Assembly (NCBI GenBank): GCA_041915365.1 | Contig: JAYSBP010000004.1 | Location: 51,963 to 115,962, forward strand | Length of the DNA stretch: 64,000 nucleotides | From: Campylobacterales bacterium | Lineage (GTDB): Bacteria > Campylobacterota > Campylobacteria > Campylobacterales > UBA6016 | Reading direction: 5' to 3' | Part shown: piece by piece, positions 1 through 10,477 of the stretch | How positions within the stretch are numbered: the stretch's first letter is position 1 | Layout: every line of letters begins with the position of its first letter | Notes under the pieces: model-generated | Database searches by the model: none | Seen by the model: only the letters and a program-made list of their open reading frames with translations | Told to the model about the DNA's origin: nothing | Translations under genes and position numbers: made by a program

Positions 1-903
1 TTTTACTACCAATCATTTGCAGCACTCAAAATTACGCTTGCGTTGTCTCTTGTTTTTGGAGCACTTTGGAGCTTTTTATATCTTGTAAAAAGCAATGAGC
101 TGACCGCCATAGAAAGCGTCGGGGTGTCAAAAAAAGAGGCTTTGAAGCCTTTTTTCTTTATATCTCTCGCCATTGCGATTTTGTATATTATGCTCGGCTT
201 TACAAAGGTGGGCTACTATTACGACGATGCGCAAGCTATTTTGCAAAAAAAAGACTCAAAAGAGCGTTCCGAGGATTTGTTTTTTAGATACAAAGATGAA
301 TTTATATACATAAAAGAGATAGAACCGCTCTCGAAAACGGCAAAAAATATACAAATTATAGGTGTTGACGGTAATAGCGTCTCATACTCAATCAAAGCAA
401 AAGAAGCAGTTTTTGAGGACAACGAGTGGGAGCTAAAAAATGCAGAAACAATAACTATAGATGAGGAAAATGAACCTCATATCACAAAAAAAATAGATGA
501 AAAACTAAAAACCCTAGATGGATTCAAACCAAAAATCCTAGACAATATATCCCAAAGCGGACAGGGACTAAACATCATAGACGCCATTAAGGCTCTTTGG
601 CTACTAAAAGACCAAAAACTAAGCCTTGACAAAATTAAATCAGCTCTTTTTAGCGCAATATCCCTACCGCTTTTTGCCCCGTTTTTTATCGTCATTCTTG
701 GTTATTATACGCCGATTGCCTCAAGAAGCTTTATGCAGGCTAGATTTGCAGCTTTTTGGATTTTTACCGCACTTATCGGTTGGGGAGTATTAATGGCGCT
801 CTCCAAACTCTCTTTTTATGGCTCAGCTGGCTCATACGCCACATTATTTGCAATTTTGGCTGTTGGCATCTATGCTCGCTATTTATTTAGGCGACTCGCA
901 TGA
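1..903 (+). CDS. LptF/LptG (YjgP/YjgQ) family permease, 5' partial
   Basis: Frame 1 is open from base 1, so the gene starts upstream of the window. TM helices at both ends flank a ~130-aa hydrophilic domain. The NELTA..S.G.S motif is typical of LptF/LptG permeases. Confidence 0.6.
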   Translation, partial: FYYQSFAALKITLALSLVFGALWSFLYLVKSNELTAIESVGVSKKEALKPFFFISLAIAILYIMLGFTKVGYYYDDAQAILQKKDSKERSEDLFFRYKDEFIYIKEIEPLSKTAKNIQIIGVDGNSVSYSIKAKEAVFEDNEWELKNAETITIDEENEPHITKKIDEKLKTLDGFKPKILDNISQSGQGLNIIDAIKALWLLKDQKLSLDKIKSALFSAISLPLFAPFFIVILGYYTPIASRSFMQARFAAFWIFTALIGWGVLMALSKLSFYGSAGSYATLFAILAVGIYARYLFRRLA

Positions 904-1868
904 AAATATTAGCGTCAAAAATTGCCTACGCTTTTTTGATGTTGTTACTTATCTCTGTCATATCTTTTATTGCCGTCAAAGCCGCCCCAAATAATTTCTT
1001 GGCTGCAGGGGAGCTAAATCCGAACATTACAGAAGAATCCATCAAGACACTAAAAGAGGTGTATGGACTGGATAAGCCGCCGCTAGAGCAGTATACGGGT
1101 TGGGTTAAGAGCATGGCCTCTTTGGAGTTTGGCATATCTTTTTCTACCGGAAAAAGTGTAAAAGATGAGATACTATCTCGCCTTCCGATTACGTTAGCTA
1201 TCAACCTTATTTCAATGTTCTTTATTTTTATTTTGGGAATTTGGCTTGGGGTTTACGCCGCAATCAAACAATCGCAAAAAACAGACAAAACAATAACAAT
1301 CTCTTCTCTTGCAAGTTACGCTATGCCGTCTTTTTACCTGGCACTTTTATTTATCATGTTTTTTTCCTTAGCGCTTGGATGGTTCCCAATATCTGGCGTA
1401 TCATCTGCAAGCAAAGAAGAGGTAGGTACGGTCGAGTACTACCGTAATGTCTCGCATCATCTATTTTTACCAATAGCGGTCATCGTCATCACTTCTTTTG
1501 GTTCTTTAGCGTTATACATTAGGTCACTTACGGTTGAGATACTAAAAAGCGACTATGTATTTTTCGCAATTTCAAGAGGTGTCAGCCGAATAAAGCTAAT
1601 AACGCTTTATATACTGCCAAATCTTCTAAATCCGATAGTAACTATGCTTGGATTGTCGCTCCCTGGAATTATCGGTGGGAGCGTGATTTTAGAGAGTATT
1701 TTTGCCATTAACGGTATGGGGCTTTTCTTTTATCAAAGTGTAATTAGCAGGGATTATCCGGTTATTTTGGGAGTCACGATGATAGGGGCGTTTTTGACGC
1801 TTCTTGGCAACATCCTAGCGGATGTTGCGCTAATGAAGCTAAACCCTTTTGTAAAACGTCAAAACTAA
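900..1868 (+). CDS. ABC transporter permease, DppB/OppB/NikB type
   Basis: 322-aa polytopic membrane protein with an EAA-type loop (EILKSDYVFFAISRGVSRIKLITLYILPNLLNPIV). ATGA overlap with the upstream gene. No partner permease, ATPase or binding protein is adjacent. Confidence 0.75.
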   Translation: MKILASKIAYAFLMLLLISVISFIAVKAAPNNFLAAGELNPNITEESIKTLKEVYGLDKPPLEQYTGWVKSMASLEFGISFSTGKSVKDEILSRLPITLAINLISMFFIFILGIWLGVYAAIKQSQKTDKTITISSLASYAMPSFYLALLFIMFFSLALGWFPISGVSSASKEEVGTVEYYRNVSHHLFLPIAVIVITSFGSLALYIRSLTVEILKSDYVFFAISRGVSRIKLITLYILPNLLNPIVTMLGLSLPGIIGGSVILESIFAINGMGLFFYQSVISRDYPVILGVTMIGAFLTLLGNILADVALMKLNPFVKRQN

Positions 1869-2983
1869 CTAAATAGTGCCTCAAGAGCCGCTTTTGAAGA
1901 TACTGTTTTTACATCTTCGCCTTTTGCGTCAACACTTGCGCCGGCCTCGCCGCCTTCTTCGATAAGCTCTATCTCAAATCCGGTAAGCATGGAAGCAAGT
2001 CTGATATTGATGCCAGATTTACCAATAGCTTTCGACTTTTGACCCTCAAAGACGCTAACTATCGCTTTTTCACCCTTAATTACGACGCTTTTGACTGCCG
2101 CTGGGCTCATAGCTCTTGATACAAATAGTTCAGGGACGTCTGAGTATTCGATAACATCTATATTCTCGTTTTTTAGCTCTTTTGAGACCGCATTAATACG
2201 CACGCCTTTTACGCCAACCGCCGTACCTATCGGGTCGACTCTTGGGCTATTGGACAGCAAGGCTAGTTTTGCCCTCTCGCCGGGAATTCTTGCGCATTTT
2301 TTGATTTCAATTATTCCATCGCTAATCTCTGGCACTTCAAGCGACATTAGCTCTTCCAAAAATTTTGGACTTGTACGGGTAAGTTCTAAGCCTATCCCTT
2401 TTTTTGAGTTTGTATTTATTGTTTTCAATACCGCTTTTACGACATTTCCTACTTTGAAATTTTCACCTTTTATACGGTTTTTTCTAGGCATCAAAGCTCT
2501 TATTTCGTCTATTTCTATATATGTATTGCCGTCTGTGTCAACACGAACAACCTGCCCTGAAACGATTTTGCCCTCTTTTTTTGAGTATTTTTTGTAGATT
2601 TCATTTTCTATCAGCTTTTGAATTTCGTTTTCAAGTTCTCTGTGCATGATATTTACAAAGTTTCTGCCGTACTCTTCGAGATTTATGTCATATCTTAGTT
2701 CATCGCCTATATCTAGGCTATCGTCTATCGTTTTTGCCTCAGAAACGTCTATATAGTTTCTCTCATCAGCTATTCTTGGATCATCATCGGCTACGATAAT
2801 CACTTTTTGATAGAGTCTCGTTTTTCTCTTATCGTCATCAAATTCAACATCAAACATAAGCTCATCACCTATAATTTTCGATGCGCTCCTGACAAGGGCT
2901 ATTTTTATCGCCTCTTTTACGTCTTTTGGGTTTATGCTTTTTTCATACGCTATGGAGTCCGCAATATCAAGTATTTTTTCCAA
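1865..2983 (-). CDS. nusA: transcription termination/antitermination factor NusA
   Basis: 372 aa. N-terminal NusA domain (MEKILDIADSIAYEKSI...), an S1-like region (GKIVSGQVVRVD) and KH-type repeats (IDPIGTAVGVKGVRI, AIGKSGINIRLAS). Confidence 0.9.
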   Translation of the reverse strand: MEKILDIADSIAYEKSINPKDVKEAIKIALVRSASKIIGDELMFDVEFDDDKRKTRLYQKVIIVADDDPRIADERNYIDVSEAKTIDDSLDIGDELRYDINLEEYGRNFVNIMHRELENEIQKLIENEIYKKYSKKEGKIVSGQVVRVDTDGNTYIEIDEIRALMPRKNRIKGENFKVGNVVKAVLKTINTNSKKGIGLELTRTSPKFLEELMSLEVPEISDGIIEIKKCARIPGERAKLALLSNSPRVDPIGTAVGVKGVRINAVSKELKNENIDVIEYSDVPELFVSRAMSPAAVKSVVIKGEKAIVSVFEGQKSKAIGKSGINIRLASMLTGFEIELIEEGGEAGASVDAKGEDVKTVSSKAALEALFS

Positions 2984-3154
2984 AGAGCTTTCCTTTTGAT
3001 TACTTTTTTTGACAAAAACATAAAAAATAATGGATTTTTTGTTTTTTTGAAGGCAAAAATATTACTTAAAAAAAGCTTTAAATCACATTAATCTTTAAGT
3101 ATTTTTTGGATACAATCGCCTCGGTTTTTATACACGAATTTCAAGGAAACGACG

Positions 3155-3397
3155 ATGCAACTTAAGCTCGCAAGGGAAGATTTAAACTCTAACCCAAAAT
3201 CAATAACGGTAGAAAAATTACTAGAAGAGGTCGCCGCAAAAAGACCTTGCATATACTATTTTGACAAATCAAACTCTCATAAAGACCTCATTGCTCTTGT
3301 AGAAAAAGTTGAAAAACTAAGTGCGAGCATATACCTTAGAGAAGTAAAATACGGCCTTGACGAGCAAGACTATATGTACGAGGTACATATCATTTAA
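3155..3397 (+). CDS. small hypothetical protein (80 aa)
   Basis: ORF with GGAAAC-type RBS. Its stop overlaps the miaB start (TAATG), suggesting co-translation. No recognisable motif. Confidence 0.4.
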   Translation: MQLKLAREDLNSNPKSITVEKLLEEVAAKRPCIYYFDKSNSHKDLIALVEKVEKLSASIYLREVKYGLDEQDYMYEVHII

Positions 3398-4689
3398 TGT
3401 CCCAAAAACTCCTCTACATAGAGACTTTGGGGTGCGCTATGAATGTTCGGGATTCCGAACATATCATTGCGGAGCTAACCGAAAAAGATAACTACGCCCT
3501 CACATCCTCGGCAAAAGATGCAGACCTAATCATTATCAATACTTGCTCAGTCAGAGAAAAACCAGTCCAAAAACTATTTAGCGAAATAGGCGCATACAAA
3601 AAAATCAAAAAAGACGGTGCAAAAATAGGTGTTTGCGGTTGTACGGCAAGCCATCTTGGTGAAGAAATAATCAAAAAAGCCCCTGCGGTGAGCTTCGTAG
3701 TGGGTGCTAGAAACGTCTCAAAAATCAAAAATGCGATAGACACAAACGGTTTTGTGGCTACGGACATAGACTACGACGACACCGGATACCAATTTGGTGA
3801 ATACCGAAACGAGGGCTTTAGGGCGCTTATCAACATCTCAATCGGTTGCGATAAGGAGTGCAGTTACTGCATAGTCCCGCACACCAGAGGTGACGAGGTG
3901 TCCGTACCGCCGGAGCTCATCGTAAGCGAAGCCACAAAAGCAGCAGCAAAAGGGGCAAAAGAACTAATACTTCTTGGCCAAAACGTTAACAACTACGGCA
4001 AAAACTTCAAAGACAAATCAATCAACTTCACAAAACTGCTTCAAGAAGTTAGCAAGGTGAACGGGATAGAGCGTATCAGATTTACCTCGCCACATCCTCT
4101 TCATGCGGATGACGAATTCATAGAAGAGTTCGCCAAAAATCCGAAGGTCTGCAAAAATATGCACTTTCCACTTCAAGCCGGAAGCAGCAAGGTGCTAAAA
4201 GACATGCGACGCGGATACACAAAAGAGTGGTTTCTTGCTAAAGCCGCAAAAATAAGAGAGCTTTGCCCAAATGCAACAATCAGCACGGATGTTATAGTCG
4301 GTTTTCCAGGGGAGAGCGATGAGGATTTTTTGGATACGATGGATGTGCTTGAGAAGGTTGGCTTCGAGGCGATGTTTTCATTCGCTTATTCACCTAGACC
4401 ACTTACAAAAGCCGCCGATATGCCAAATCAAATAGATGATGAAATCAAAAAAATGAGACTTATGATGCTCCAAAGCGCACAGCTCAAAATTCAAGAAGAA
4501 GCGCATAAAAGACAAGTAGGGAAAACCGAAAAAGTGCTCGTAGAGGGCAAAGACGGCAATGTATATTTCGGTAAGACAGACGCAAATTTTGGGGTAAAAT
4601 TTGAGAGCGACAAAGAACTAATGGGCCAAATCGTAGAGGTTAAAATCACAAGTGCGGGCAGGCATGCACTAGGTGGTTCTCTTGTCTAA
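3397..4689 (+). CDS. miaB: tRNA-2-methylthio-N6-dimethylallyladenosine synthase MiaB
   Basis: MTTase N-terminal domain ([18 protein letters not shown]), radical-SAM [11 protein letters not shown] motif and C-terminal TRAM-like domain. 430 aa. Confidence 0.9.
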   Translation: MSQKLLYIETLGCAMNVRDSEHIIAELTEKDNYALTSSAKDADLIIINTCSVREKPVQKLFSEIGAYKKIKKDGAKIGVCGCTASHLGEEIIKKAPAVSFVVGARNVSKIKNAIDTNGFVATDIDYDDTGYQFGEYRNEGFRALINISIGCDKECSYCIVPHTRGDEVSVPPELIVSEATKAAAKGAKELILLGQNVNNYGKNFKDKSINFTKLLQEVSKVNGIERIRFTSPHPLHADDEFIEEFAKNPKVCKNMHFPLQAGSSKVLKDMRRGYTKEWFLAKAAKIRELCPNATISTDVIVGFPGESDEDFLDTMDVLEKVGFEAMFSFAYSPRPLTKAADMPNQIDDEIKKMRLMMLQSAQLKIQEEAHKRQVGKTEKVLVEGKDGNVYFGKTDANFGVKFESDKELMGQIVEVKITSAGRHALGGSLV

Positions 4690-5308
4690 AGAACAAAAAA
4701 GAAAAATCATAGCCGCCGTCATACCGCCAATCGCAAATCTACTAATCAGGCTTATATATCTGACTTGCAAAAAAGAATTTAAACTGGCAAAAAACTATCC
4801 AAGTGAGCCATTTATTGTCGCTTTTTGGCATGGTGAGCTACTTATGCAGCCTTTTTTGTACAAAAAATTTAGAGGCCGCCACAAAATATCTGTAATGATA
4901 AGCGAACACTTTGACGGCGAAATTATCGCACGCATAATCTCATTTTTCGGGTTTTCAACAGTGAGGGGCTCAAGCTCAAAAGGTGGAGCAAGAGTATTGA
5001 TAGAGGCCATAAAAACGCTAAAAGATGGCGAAGATATAGCTATAACGCCAGATGGGCCGAAAGGACCTAGACACTCTGTCGCCGACGGCATAGTGGCTCT
5101 TGCTCAAAAAACAAATTCAAAAATAGTAGTTTTCAATTATCAAGCATCAAGCTTTTGGCAGTTAAAAAGCTGGGATAAGTTCGTCGTTCCAAAACCTTTT
5201 TCAAAAATAACTTTTTTTGCCGATAAAGTACTCGACATTTCGCAAATGAACGGCGAAGAGGCAAAAGAGTTTATAAAAGGGCAGATGCTAATAGATGCTG
5301 TCAAATGA
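4673..5308 (+). CDS. DUF374 / lysophospholipid acyltransferase family protein
   Basis: 211 aa with FWHGE..., [11 protein letters not shown] and [11 protein letters not shown] motifs typical of the DUF374 family. The start is uncertain (GTG 4673 or TTG 4682) and overlaps the miaB end. Confidence 0.7.
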   Translation: MVLLSKEQKRKIIAAVIPPIANLLIRLIYLTCKKEFKLAKNYPSEPFIVAFWHGELLMQPFLYKKFRGRHKISVMISEHFDGEIIARIISFFGFSTVRGSSSKGGARVLIEAIKTLKDGEDIAITPDGPKGPRHSVADGIVALAQKTNSKIVVFNYQASSFWQLKSWDKFVVPKPFSKITFFADKVLDISQMNGEEAKEFIKGQMLIDAVK

Positions 5309-6125
5309 CGATATAAAAGAGTTTTTGGACTTTTTGGCAAATATTAGAAAATATAGTGAAGCTACCGTGACAACATACCAAAAGGTGCTTTTTGAAGCGG
5401 CCGACAAGGTAGAGGTGTACGACGAAAAAGATAAAATTGTCTACGACATAATGGCTTATCGTGTCTCCATCTCAAAGCTGGCAAAAAAGACGATAGCCAA
5501 AAAAATATCTGTTTTGCGTTCTTTTTTTGAATACAAACGCTCTATGGGGGTAAAGATAATCACAAGGGGCGACGAGCAAATCAAAACCCCGAAGAGTCTT
5601 CCAAAGCCAATACACAAAGAGATAATACAAAAAGCGTTAAACGCTTGCGTATCCGAAGATGAGAAACTGCTTGTGGCAATGCTGTATTCACTAGGTCTTC
5701 GTATCTCAGAGCTTGAGCACCTAAAGCTACGGGACATCTCACCAGAATGGGTTAAAGTAGTAAGCGGAAAAGGTGGCAAAGACAGGATGATTCCACTATT
5801 ACCAGAGGTAAAAGAGGCGATAAATGCTCATTTAGAATCAACAAAAAACGTAGCTTTCGTATTCGAAGACAACGCTCAGCCGTTAAGCCAAAATTGTCTA
5901 AGATATAAGCTAACTAAAATTTTTGAGAGGGTCGGTGTTAAGGCCACACCACACCAACTAAGACACTCTTTTGCCTCGGATTTAATTAACAAGGGAGCAA
6001 GAATAGTGGACGTATCTGAGCTGCTTGGACACAAAGAAGTGACTACGACCCAGATATACACTAAACTAAGTATGAATAAAAAAATGTTTTCATATATCGA
6101 CGCTCACCCAATGTGTAAAGAGTAA
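5295..6125 (+). CDS. tyrosine-type site-specific recombinase (XerC/XerD family)
   Basis: N-terminal SAM-like core-binding domain. Catalytic residues in GLRISEL (Arg), HQLRHSFAS (HxxR), LLGH and TQIYT (Tyr). 276 aa. Confidence 0.8.
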   Translation: MLSNDDIKEFLDFLANIRKYSEATVTTYQKVLFEAADKVEVYDEKDKIVYDIMAYRVSISKLAKKTIAKKISVLRSFFEYKRSMGVKIITRGDEQIKTPKSLPKPIHKEIIQKALNACVSEDEKLLVAMLYSLGLRISELEHLKLRDISPEWVKVVSGKGGKDRMIPLLPEVKEAINAHLESTKNVAFVFEDNAQPLSQNCLRYKLTKIFERVGVKATPHQLRHSFASDLINKGARIVDVSELLGHKEVTTTQIYTKLSMNKKMFSYIDAHPMCKE

Positions 6126-6128
6126 ACG

Positions 6129-7100
6129 GTGTTTGGCGGACTGATCAAAAAATTTGTCAATACGGCATATATAGCCATAATAAAAGATGGGGACACGTGC
6201 GACGTATGTGTAAAAGTCTACAAAAATAAGGCAGAAATAGCTTCGGAGAGCAAGAGATTTTCTATTGATACCAGAGAATCATCAAAACTGCTATACGAAT
6301 TTATCGAGCACAAATACAACAAATACAAGATAGTTTACTCATCCTCAATAATAAACTCTATAAATCAGGGTGGTGTTCCAGGCTGTGATAAAAAGAACTT
6401 CCAAAAATACGAAATAGATATTACAAATGCGAGCGTCGTGTGTGTAGATAAAAGTTGGTCGATATTTGCCAGTAACTACGATATAGATAGTGCAAAAAAA
6501 GAGTACGAAGAGTTAGGTGGACTTGATTTTTTATTTTCCTCGCTTGTCGTATTAAAAAGATTTTTTAACGACGACCTTGACTCTACCGCAACGCTTTGTC
6601 TATTAAAACAAAAAACATCAGCGACGATAGCCGTCCTCACAAAAGACAAATTACTATTTAGCGGCTACACTATCTTAAAAAATGAATCGCAAAACAGCGA
6701 TGAAGAGACAAAAAAAGACGATAAAATCTTCGGCGAAGAGGGGCTTGATGAGGATAGGTTAGTTGACCTTGACGATATCGCCTTGGAGCTAAAAGACGAT
6801 AATGAGCTCGATTTTGAACCTATGACAAGCGTGGACGAGAGCTCGGCAACGGCAAGTATAGAATCGCTAGGAAGCGATTTGCATATTTTGGAATTTGTCA
6901 AAAATGCAATGACGCAATTTTACAAAAGCAATATATACGAGTCGACTTTTATCGAAAAAATTGCAATTGCCGATCCATATTTCGAATCTCCAGATATAAA
7001 AAACCTACTAGAAAACGAACTAATGCTTCCCGTTGTACACAAACAAATTGAGCTATGCAGCGTAGTCGGCTCTTTAGCCGTAGAAGAGGTGCTTTCCTAA
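6129..7100 (+). CDS. hypothetical cytoplasmic protein with acidic linker (possible PilM-like scaffold)
   Basis: 323-aa ORF (GTG start), no TM segment, ~60-aa Asp/Glu-rich insert (residues ~185-245). First of three translationally coupled genes. The PilM-like call rests only on size and gene context. Confidence 0.35.
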   Translation: MFGGLIKKFVNTAYIAIIKDGDTCDVCVKVYKNKAEIASESKRFSIDTRESSKLLYEFIEHKYNKYKIVYSSSIINSINQGGVPGCDKKNFQKYEIDITNASVVCVDKSWSIFASNYDIDSAKKEYEELGGLDFLFSSLVVLKRFFNDDLDSTATLCLLKQKTSATIAVLTKDKLLFSGYTILKNESQNSDEETKKDDKIFGEEGLDEDRLVDLDDIALELKDDNELDFEPMTSVDESSATASIESLGSDLHILEFVKNAMTQFYKSNIYESTFIEKIAIADPYFESPDIKNLLENELMLPVVHKQIELCSVVGSLAVEEVLS

Positions 7101-7642
7101 TGGCGCTATTTCGAACAAAAACGAGCTTTATAAAGCCAAGACCAAAAAGTATTTTCAAAAGAGATACAAAGTTTTGGCTTTTGTTTATTTTTATCTCCAC
7201 GGCCATACTTATGTCGCTCTATGCGGCTTTGGAGTTTGAAATAGAGCATACAAAAGAAAAAACAAAAAAAGCTACTCTTGATAGGAAGTTTTTAAGCGCT
7301 GAGGCCGTTAGATTAAAGGGAACGCACGAAACGCTGAAAGAAGAGCTTGCTTTTGCCATAGACATCAAGACTTCAAACACGCTACTAAAAGATAATATCT
7401 CAAACTTATTTGCGATTATCCCAGACCAAGTTACGCTAACAAAGGTCGAAGTGTCAGAAAACTGTCTGGTTCTTTACGGCAATACACCCTCAAAAGAGCT
7501 ATACAATCTACACTTGACGCCGGCCTTAAAGTCTATTTTTACGACTAGCGACACGTCGTTTAAGAAAAATCCGGATGGCGGAATGAAGTTTATCTCCGTA
7601 AACAAACTTGAGAGTGAGAAGAGTGAAAATGACGGACACTAA
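7100..7642 (+). CDS. bitopic membrane protein, PilN-like architecture
   Basis: The ATG at 7100 overlaps the upstream stop (TAATG); the ORF track starts earlier, at 7055. Short basic N-terminus, one TM (FWLLFIFISTAILMSLYAAL), a coiled-coil stretch and a ~90-aa C-terminal domain. Confidence 0.4.
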   Translation: MALFRTKTSFIKPRPKSIFKRDTKFWLLFIFISTAILMSLYAALEFEIEHTKEKTKKATLDRKFLSAEAVRLKGTHETLKEELAFAIDIKTSNTLLKDNISNLFAIIPDQVTLTKVEVSENCLVLYGNTPSKELYNLHLTPALKSIFTTSDTSFKKNPDGGMKFISVNKLESEKSENDGH

Positions 7643-8216
7643 AAAATTCGACCTCGCAAAAGCACTTACATTTTTACTTATCTTTACCGCTATATGCGTA
7701 ATTTCGCTAACAACCATGCTGGTACCGTCGATAAGAGACTACAAAAAACAAAATGATATTTATAAAATAGAGTATTCGCTTTACCTAAAAGCAAAAGAGA
7801 GATACGACGAAGAGAATGCAAAATTACAAAATCTTAAAACTACAAATTCCAAAATAATAGCCGCTCTTGCAAAAAAAACGGATGAGGGTTCCTTATTGCA
7901 GATAGCAAAAAATCATTTCGTCAAAACTGACATCAAAAAAATAGGGGCCCTCGAGAGAGATGGTGGATTTTTTTATGAAGACTATAATGTTACGTCAACA
8001 TTTAAAGCGCCAAAAGAGATATTTGGTTTTTTGAAAGCGGTAAGCGAAGAAAATGCCGTAGTTAAGGTGCAAACGCCGCTTGTAATGGCTGGGACAAATA
8101 GCGGGCTTATCTCAAATTTTGCCCTTAGGGTTTATTATATGGACACCCCAAAAGAGGCTAAACCTCAAAAAACGACTCCAGAGAAGCCCCAAGAGAGCAA
8201 ACATCAATCTCATTAG
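7629..8216 (+). CDS. bitopic membrane protein, PilO-like architecture
   Basis: The ATG at 7629 (MTDTKKF) overlaps the upstream gene by 14 nt. One TM (LTFLLIFTAICVISLTTMLV), a coiled coil, a C-terminal domain and a Pro/Lys-rich tail. Confidence 0.4.
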   Translation: MTDTKKFDLAKALTFLLIFTAICVISLTTMLVPSIRDYKKQNDIYKIEYSLYLKAKERYDEENAKLQNLKTTNSKIIAALAKKTDEGSLLQIAKNHFVKTDIKKIGALERDGGFFYEDYNVTSTFKAPKEIFGFLKAVSEENAVVKVQTPLVMAGTNSGLISNFALRVYYMDTPKEAKPQKTTPEKPQESKHQSH

Positions 8217-9174
8217 CAAATAGATACCCTCTGTTTTTGGGCGGTATGTTCAAAACCCTGCACCTATCTTTAAATTTTGCATCCATTGCAACCTTTTGAA
8301 ACGGTGAAATAAATATAAGTCCATTTTTGTTTTTTGAGACTGCAAAAGCGCCTCCGACTACCGCATCGTAGCTTTTTAAAATCTCCGCTCTTTGCTCTGC
8401 CGATACTAGATAACCTAATTTTTTGAGAGCGAGAGATATATTTGAGCCATTAAAAGCGTCGCCATTAGAGCGAAAAACAATCAATGAGCTAAGCTCAAAA
8501 AATTGTGTTGAAAAATACTTTGCCTCTTTTTGCAATATCTCAAAGCTCCGCTTCACTCCGCTCTCATATTTTTGCATAAAAGAGGTCGCAAACTCAGCTC
8601 TTATGGCGTTACGCTCGTATTTTTGGTCGATATTGCTTGAGTCTTCAAAGTATTTTATATTTGATGATTTGAGATAGTCATATATAGCGGCTCTAGAAGT
8701 GTTAAAAAGCGGTTTTACGAGTGTGCCAAAGGCTCTTTGTTGCACACTCTCTCCGCCGACAAGCTCCGTTATGCCAGCCCCCTTTGCAAGTCTCATCAGG
8801 AGCCATTCCAAGCGGTCGTTTAGCTGATGCGCAGTGATTAGATTTTGGTACCCTTGTTTTGCGATTATTTCCTCAAAAAAATCGTATCTTATCCGTCTAG
8901 CTTCAGCCTCAAAGTTTTTTTTCGGCGGCTCTACACTCAGTGCAAAACACCGCTTGCCATACTCTCTCGCCAGTGTTTTCGCATACTCTTCCTCGTCTTT
9001 TGAGGATTCTCTCGTGTTGTAATTTACTATTACAATATCAAACTCCACACCCCCATCCATCAACAAAAAAAATAGCGCCGTAGAGTCTACACCGCCAGAG
9101 AATGCAAGGAGATTCCACCCCTTCCTTAGCACCTCAAGCGAAGCACGGTCAAGCAATGCCGTCGATTCTTGCAA
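8158..9174 (-). CDS. tilS: tRNA(Ile)-lysidine synthase TilS
   Basis: N-type ATP-pyrophosphatase P-loop LAFSGGVDSTALFFLL, 338 aa. The 3' end overlaps the convergent upstream gene by 59 nt. Confidence 0.85.
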   Translation of the reverse strand: MQESTALLDRASLEVLRKGWNLLAFSGGVDSTALFFLLMDGGVEFDIVIVNYNTRESSKDEEEYAKTLAREYGKRCFALSVEPPKKNFEAEARRIRYDFFEEIIAKQGYQNLITAHQLNDRLEWLLMRLAKGAGITELVGGESVQQRAFGTLVKPLFNTSRAAIYDYLKSSNIKYFEDSSNIDQKYERNAIRAEFATSFMQKYESGVKRSFEILQKEAKYFSTQFFELSSLIVFRSNGDAFNGSNISLALKKLGYLVSAEQRAEILKSYDAVVGGAFAVSKNKNGLIFISPFQKVAMDAKFKDRCRVLNIPPKNRGYLFANEIDVCSLGASLESFFEV

Positions 9175-10477
9175 TTATCTTATCCTTTGCGGCAGTTGTT
9201 ACGGTCATCATGTATAGCCTGCCGACTATTGGATTTTCTATTTCGCTTTCATTTACGAGTATTTCACCGTCAATCTCTGGTGCCCAAATTTTCTTTTTGG
9301 CCTTGAATAAATACTCATGCTCATCGCTGACCCCCTCGAAAACTGCCTCAAATTTTGAACCGATTGCCGCTTTCGCTTTTTTTGCCATCTTTTTTGCTAT
9401 CGCTTTTTTCATGGCAGTTAGTCTTTTTGAGACTGTTTTTTTGTCCACTTTGTTCGCCATCTCGTAAGCCGCCGTCCCCTCTTCGTCAGAGTATTCGAAG
9501 ACCGTCACGGCATCAAAGTCAAATTCCTCGACGAATGAAAGCATTTCAGCAAAATCCTCATCAGACTCACCAGGGTGTCCTACTATTACGGATGTACGAA
9601 CGAAGCTGTTTGGCACCGCTCTCATTTTTTCAAGCAAGCCAACCGTTTTGTCCTTACCGGCTCCACGTTTCATAAGCTTTAACATCCTATCTGAGATATG
9701 TTGCACCGGCATATCAAAATAATTAACAAATTTTTTGGCATTGGCAATTGCGCTTATTAGCTTCTCGTCAGTTGTTGACGGATATAGATAAAGAACCCTC
9801 GCATAAAAATCCCCATCCAATGCATCCACTTTTTTTATTAGCTCTGAGAGGCCGTCCTTTGAGCCGCTATCTCGCATATAAGACGAGCTATCCTGGGCTA
9901 TAAGGCTAAAATCAAAATACCCTTTCTTATTTAGTGGCACCATCTCTTTTAGTATAGATTCTTGTGAGCGAGAGAAGAGCTTGCCCTTGAATGACGGAAT
10001 GGCACAAAAACTGCATGTTTGATTGCACCCCTCCGCCATTTTGATATAGGCATGGTAATTTGAGTTTATTACCACTCTCTCCTCTTCATCAATAAGAAAA
10101 GTTCCCTCGGTAAACTCGCTTTTTTTGCCATCTATCAGCTCATCTATCTTTGCATAGTCAGCTACACCTGTGAAAATATCAACCTCACTAAGCTCTTTTT
10201 GGAGTTCATCTTTGTATCTCTCCGATAGACACCCAGCCATTACAAGCTTTGAGCCATCTTTTCGTCCGCCATGAAGCGAAAGCACGGTATTTATACTCTC
10301 CTGCTTTGCCGCATCTATAAAACCACATGTGTTGACTATAATTGCATCCGCCTCGCCAGAGTCGTTAGTCATCTCATAGTCTTTTAACCTGCCTAACATC
10401 ACCTCGCTATCGACTTGGTTTTTTGAGCACCCTAGGCTCACCATAAAAAGCTTCTTTTTTTTCATCATTAAATCCAA
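9149..10477 (-). CDS. rimO: ribosomal protein S12 methylthiotransferase RimO
   Basis: MTTase N-domain ([19 protein letters not shown]), radical-SAM [11 protein letters not shown] and C-terminal TRAM domain. 442 aa. Confidence 0.85.
   Translation of the reverse strand: MDLMMKKKKLFMVSLGCSKNQVDSEVMLGRLKDYEMTNDSGEADAIIVNTCGFIDAAKQESINTVLSLHGGRKDGSKLVMAGCLSERYKDELQKELSEVDIFTGVADYAKIDELIDGKKSEFTEGTFLIDEEERVVINSNYHAYIKMAEGCNQTCSFCAIPSFKGKLFSRSQESILKEMVPLNKKGYFDFSLIAQDSSSYMRDSGSKDGLSELIKKVDALDGDFYARVLYLYPSTTDEKLISAIANAKKFVNYFDMPVQHISDRMLKLMKRGAGKDKTVGLLEKMRAVPNSFVRTSVIVGHPGESDEDFAEMLSFVEEFDFDAVTVFEYSDEEGTAAYEMANKVDKKTVSKRLTAMKKAIAKKMAKKAKAAIGSKFEAVFEGVSDEHEYLFKAKKKIWAPEIDGEILVNESEIENPIVGRLYMMTVTTAAKDKIIARIDGIA

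Noticed and set aside
2091-2597. 168-aa ORF on the plus strand
   Set aside because: It is antisense to nusA and has no motif or RBS support.
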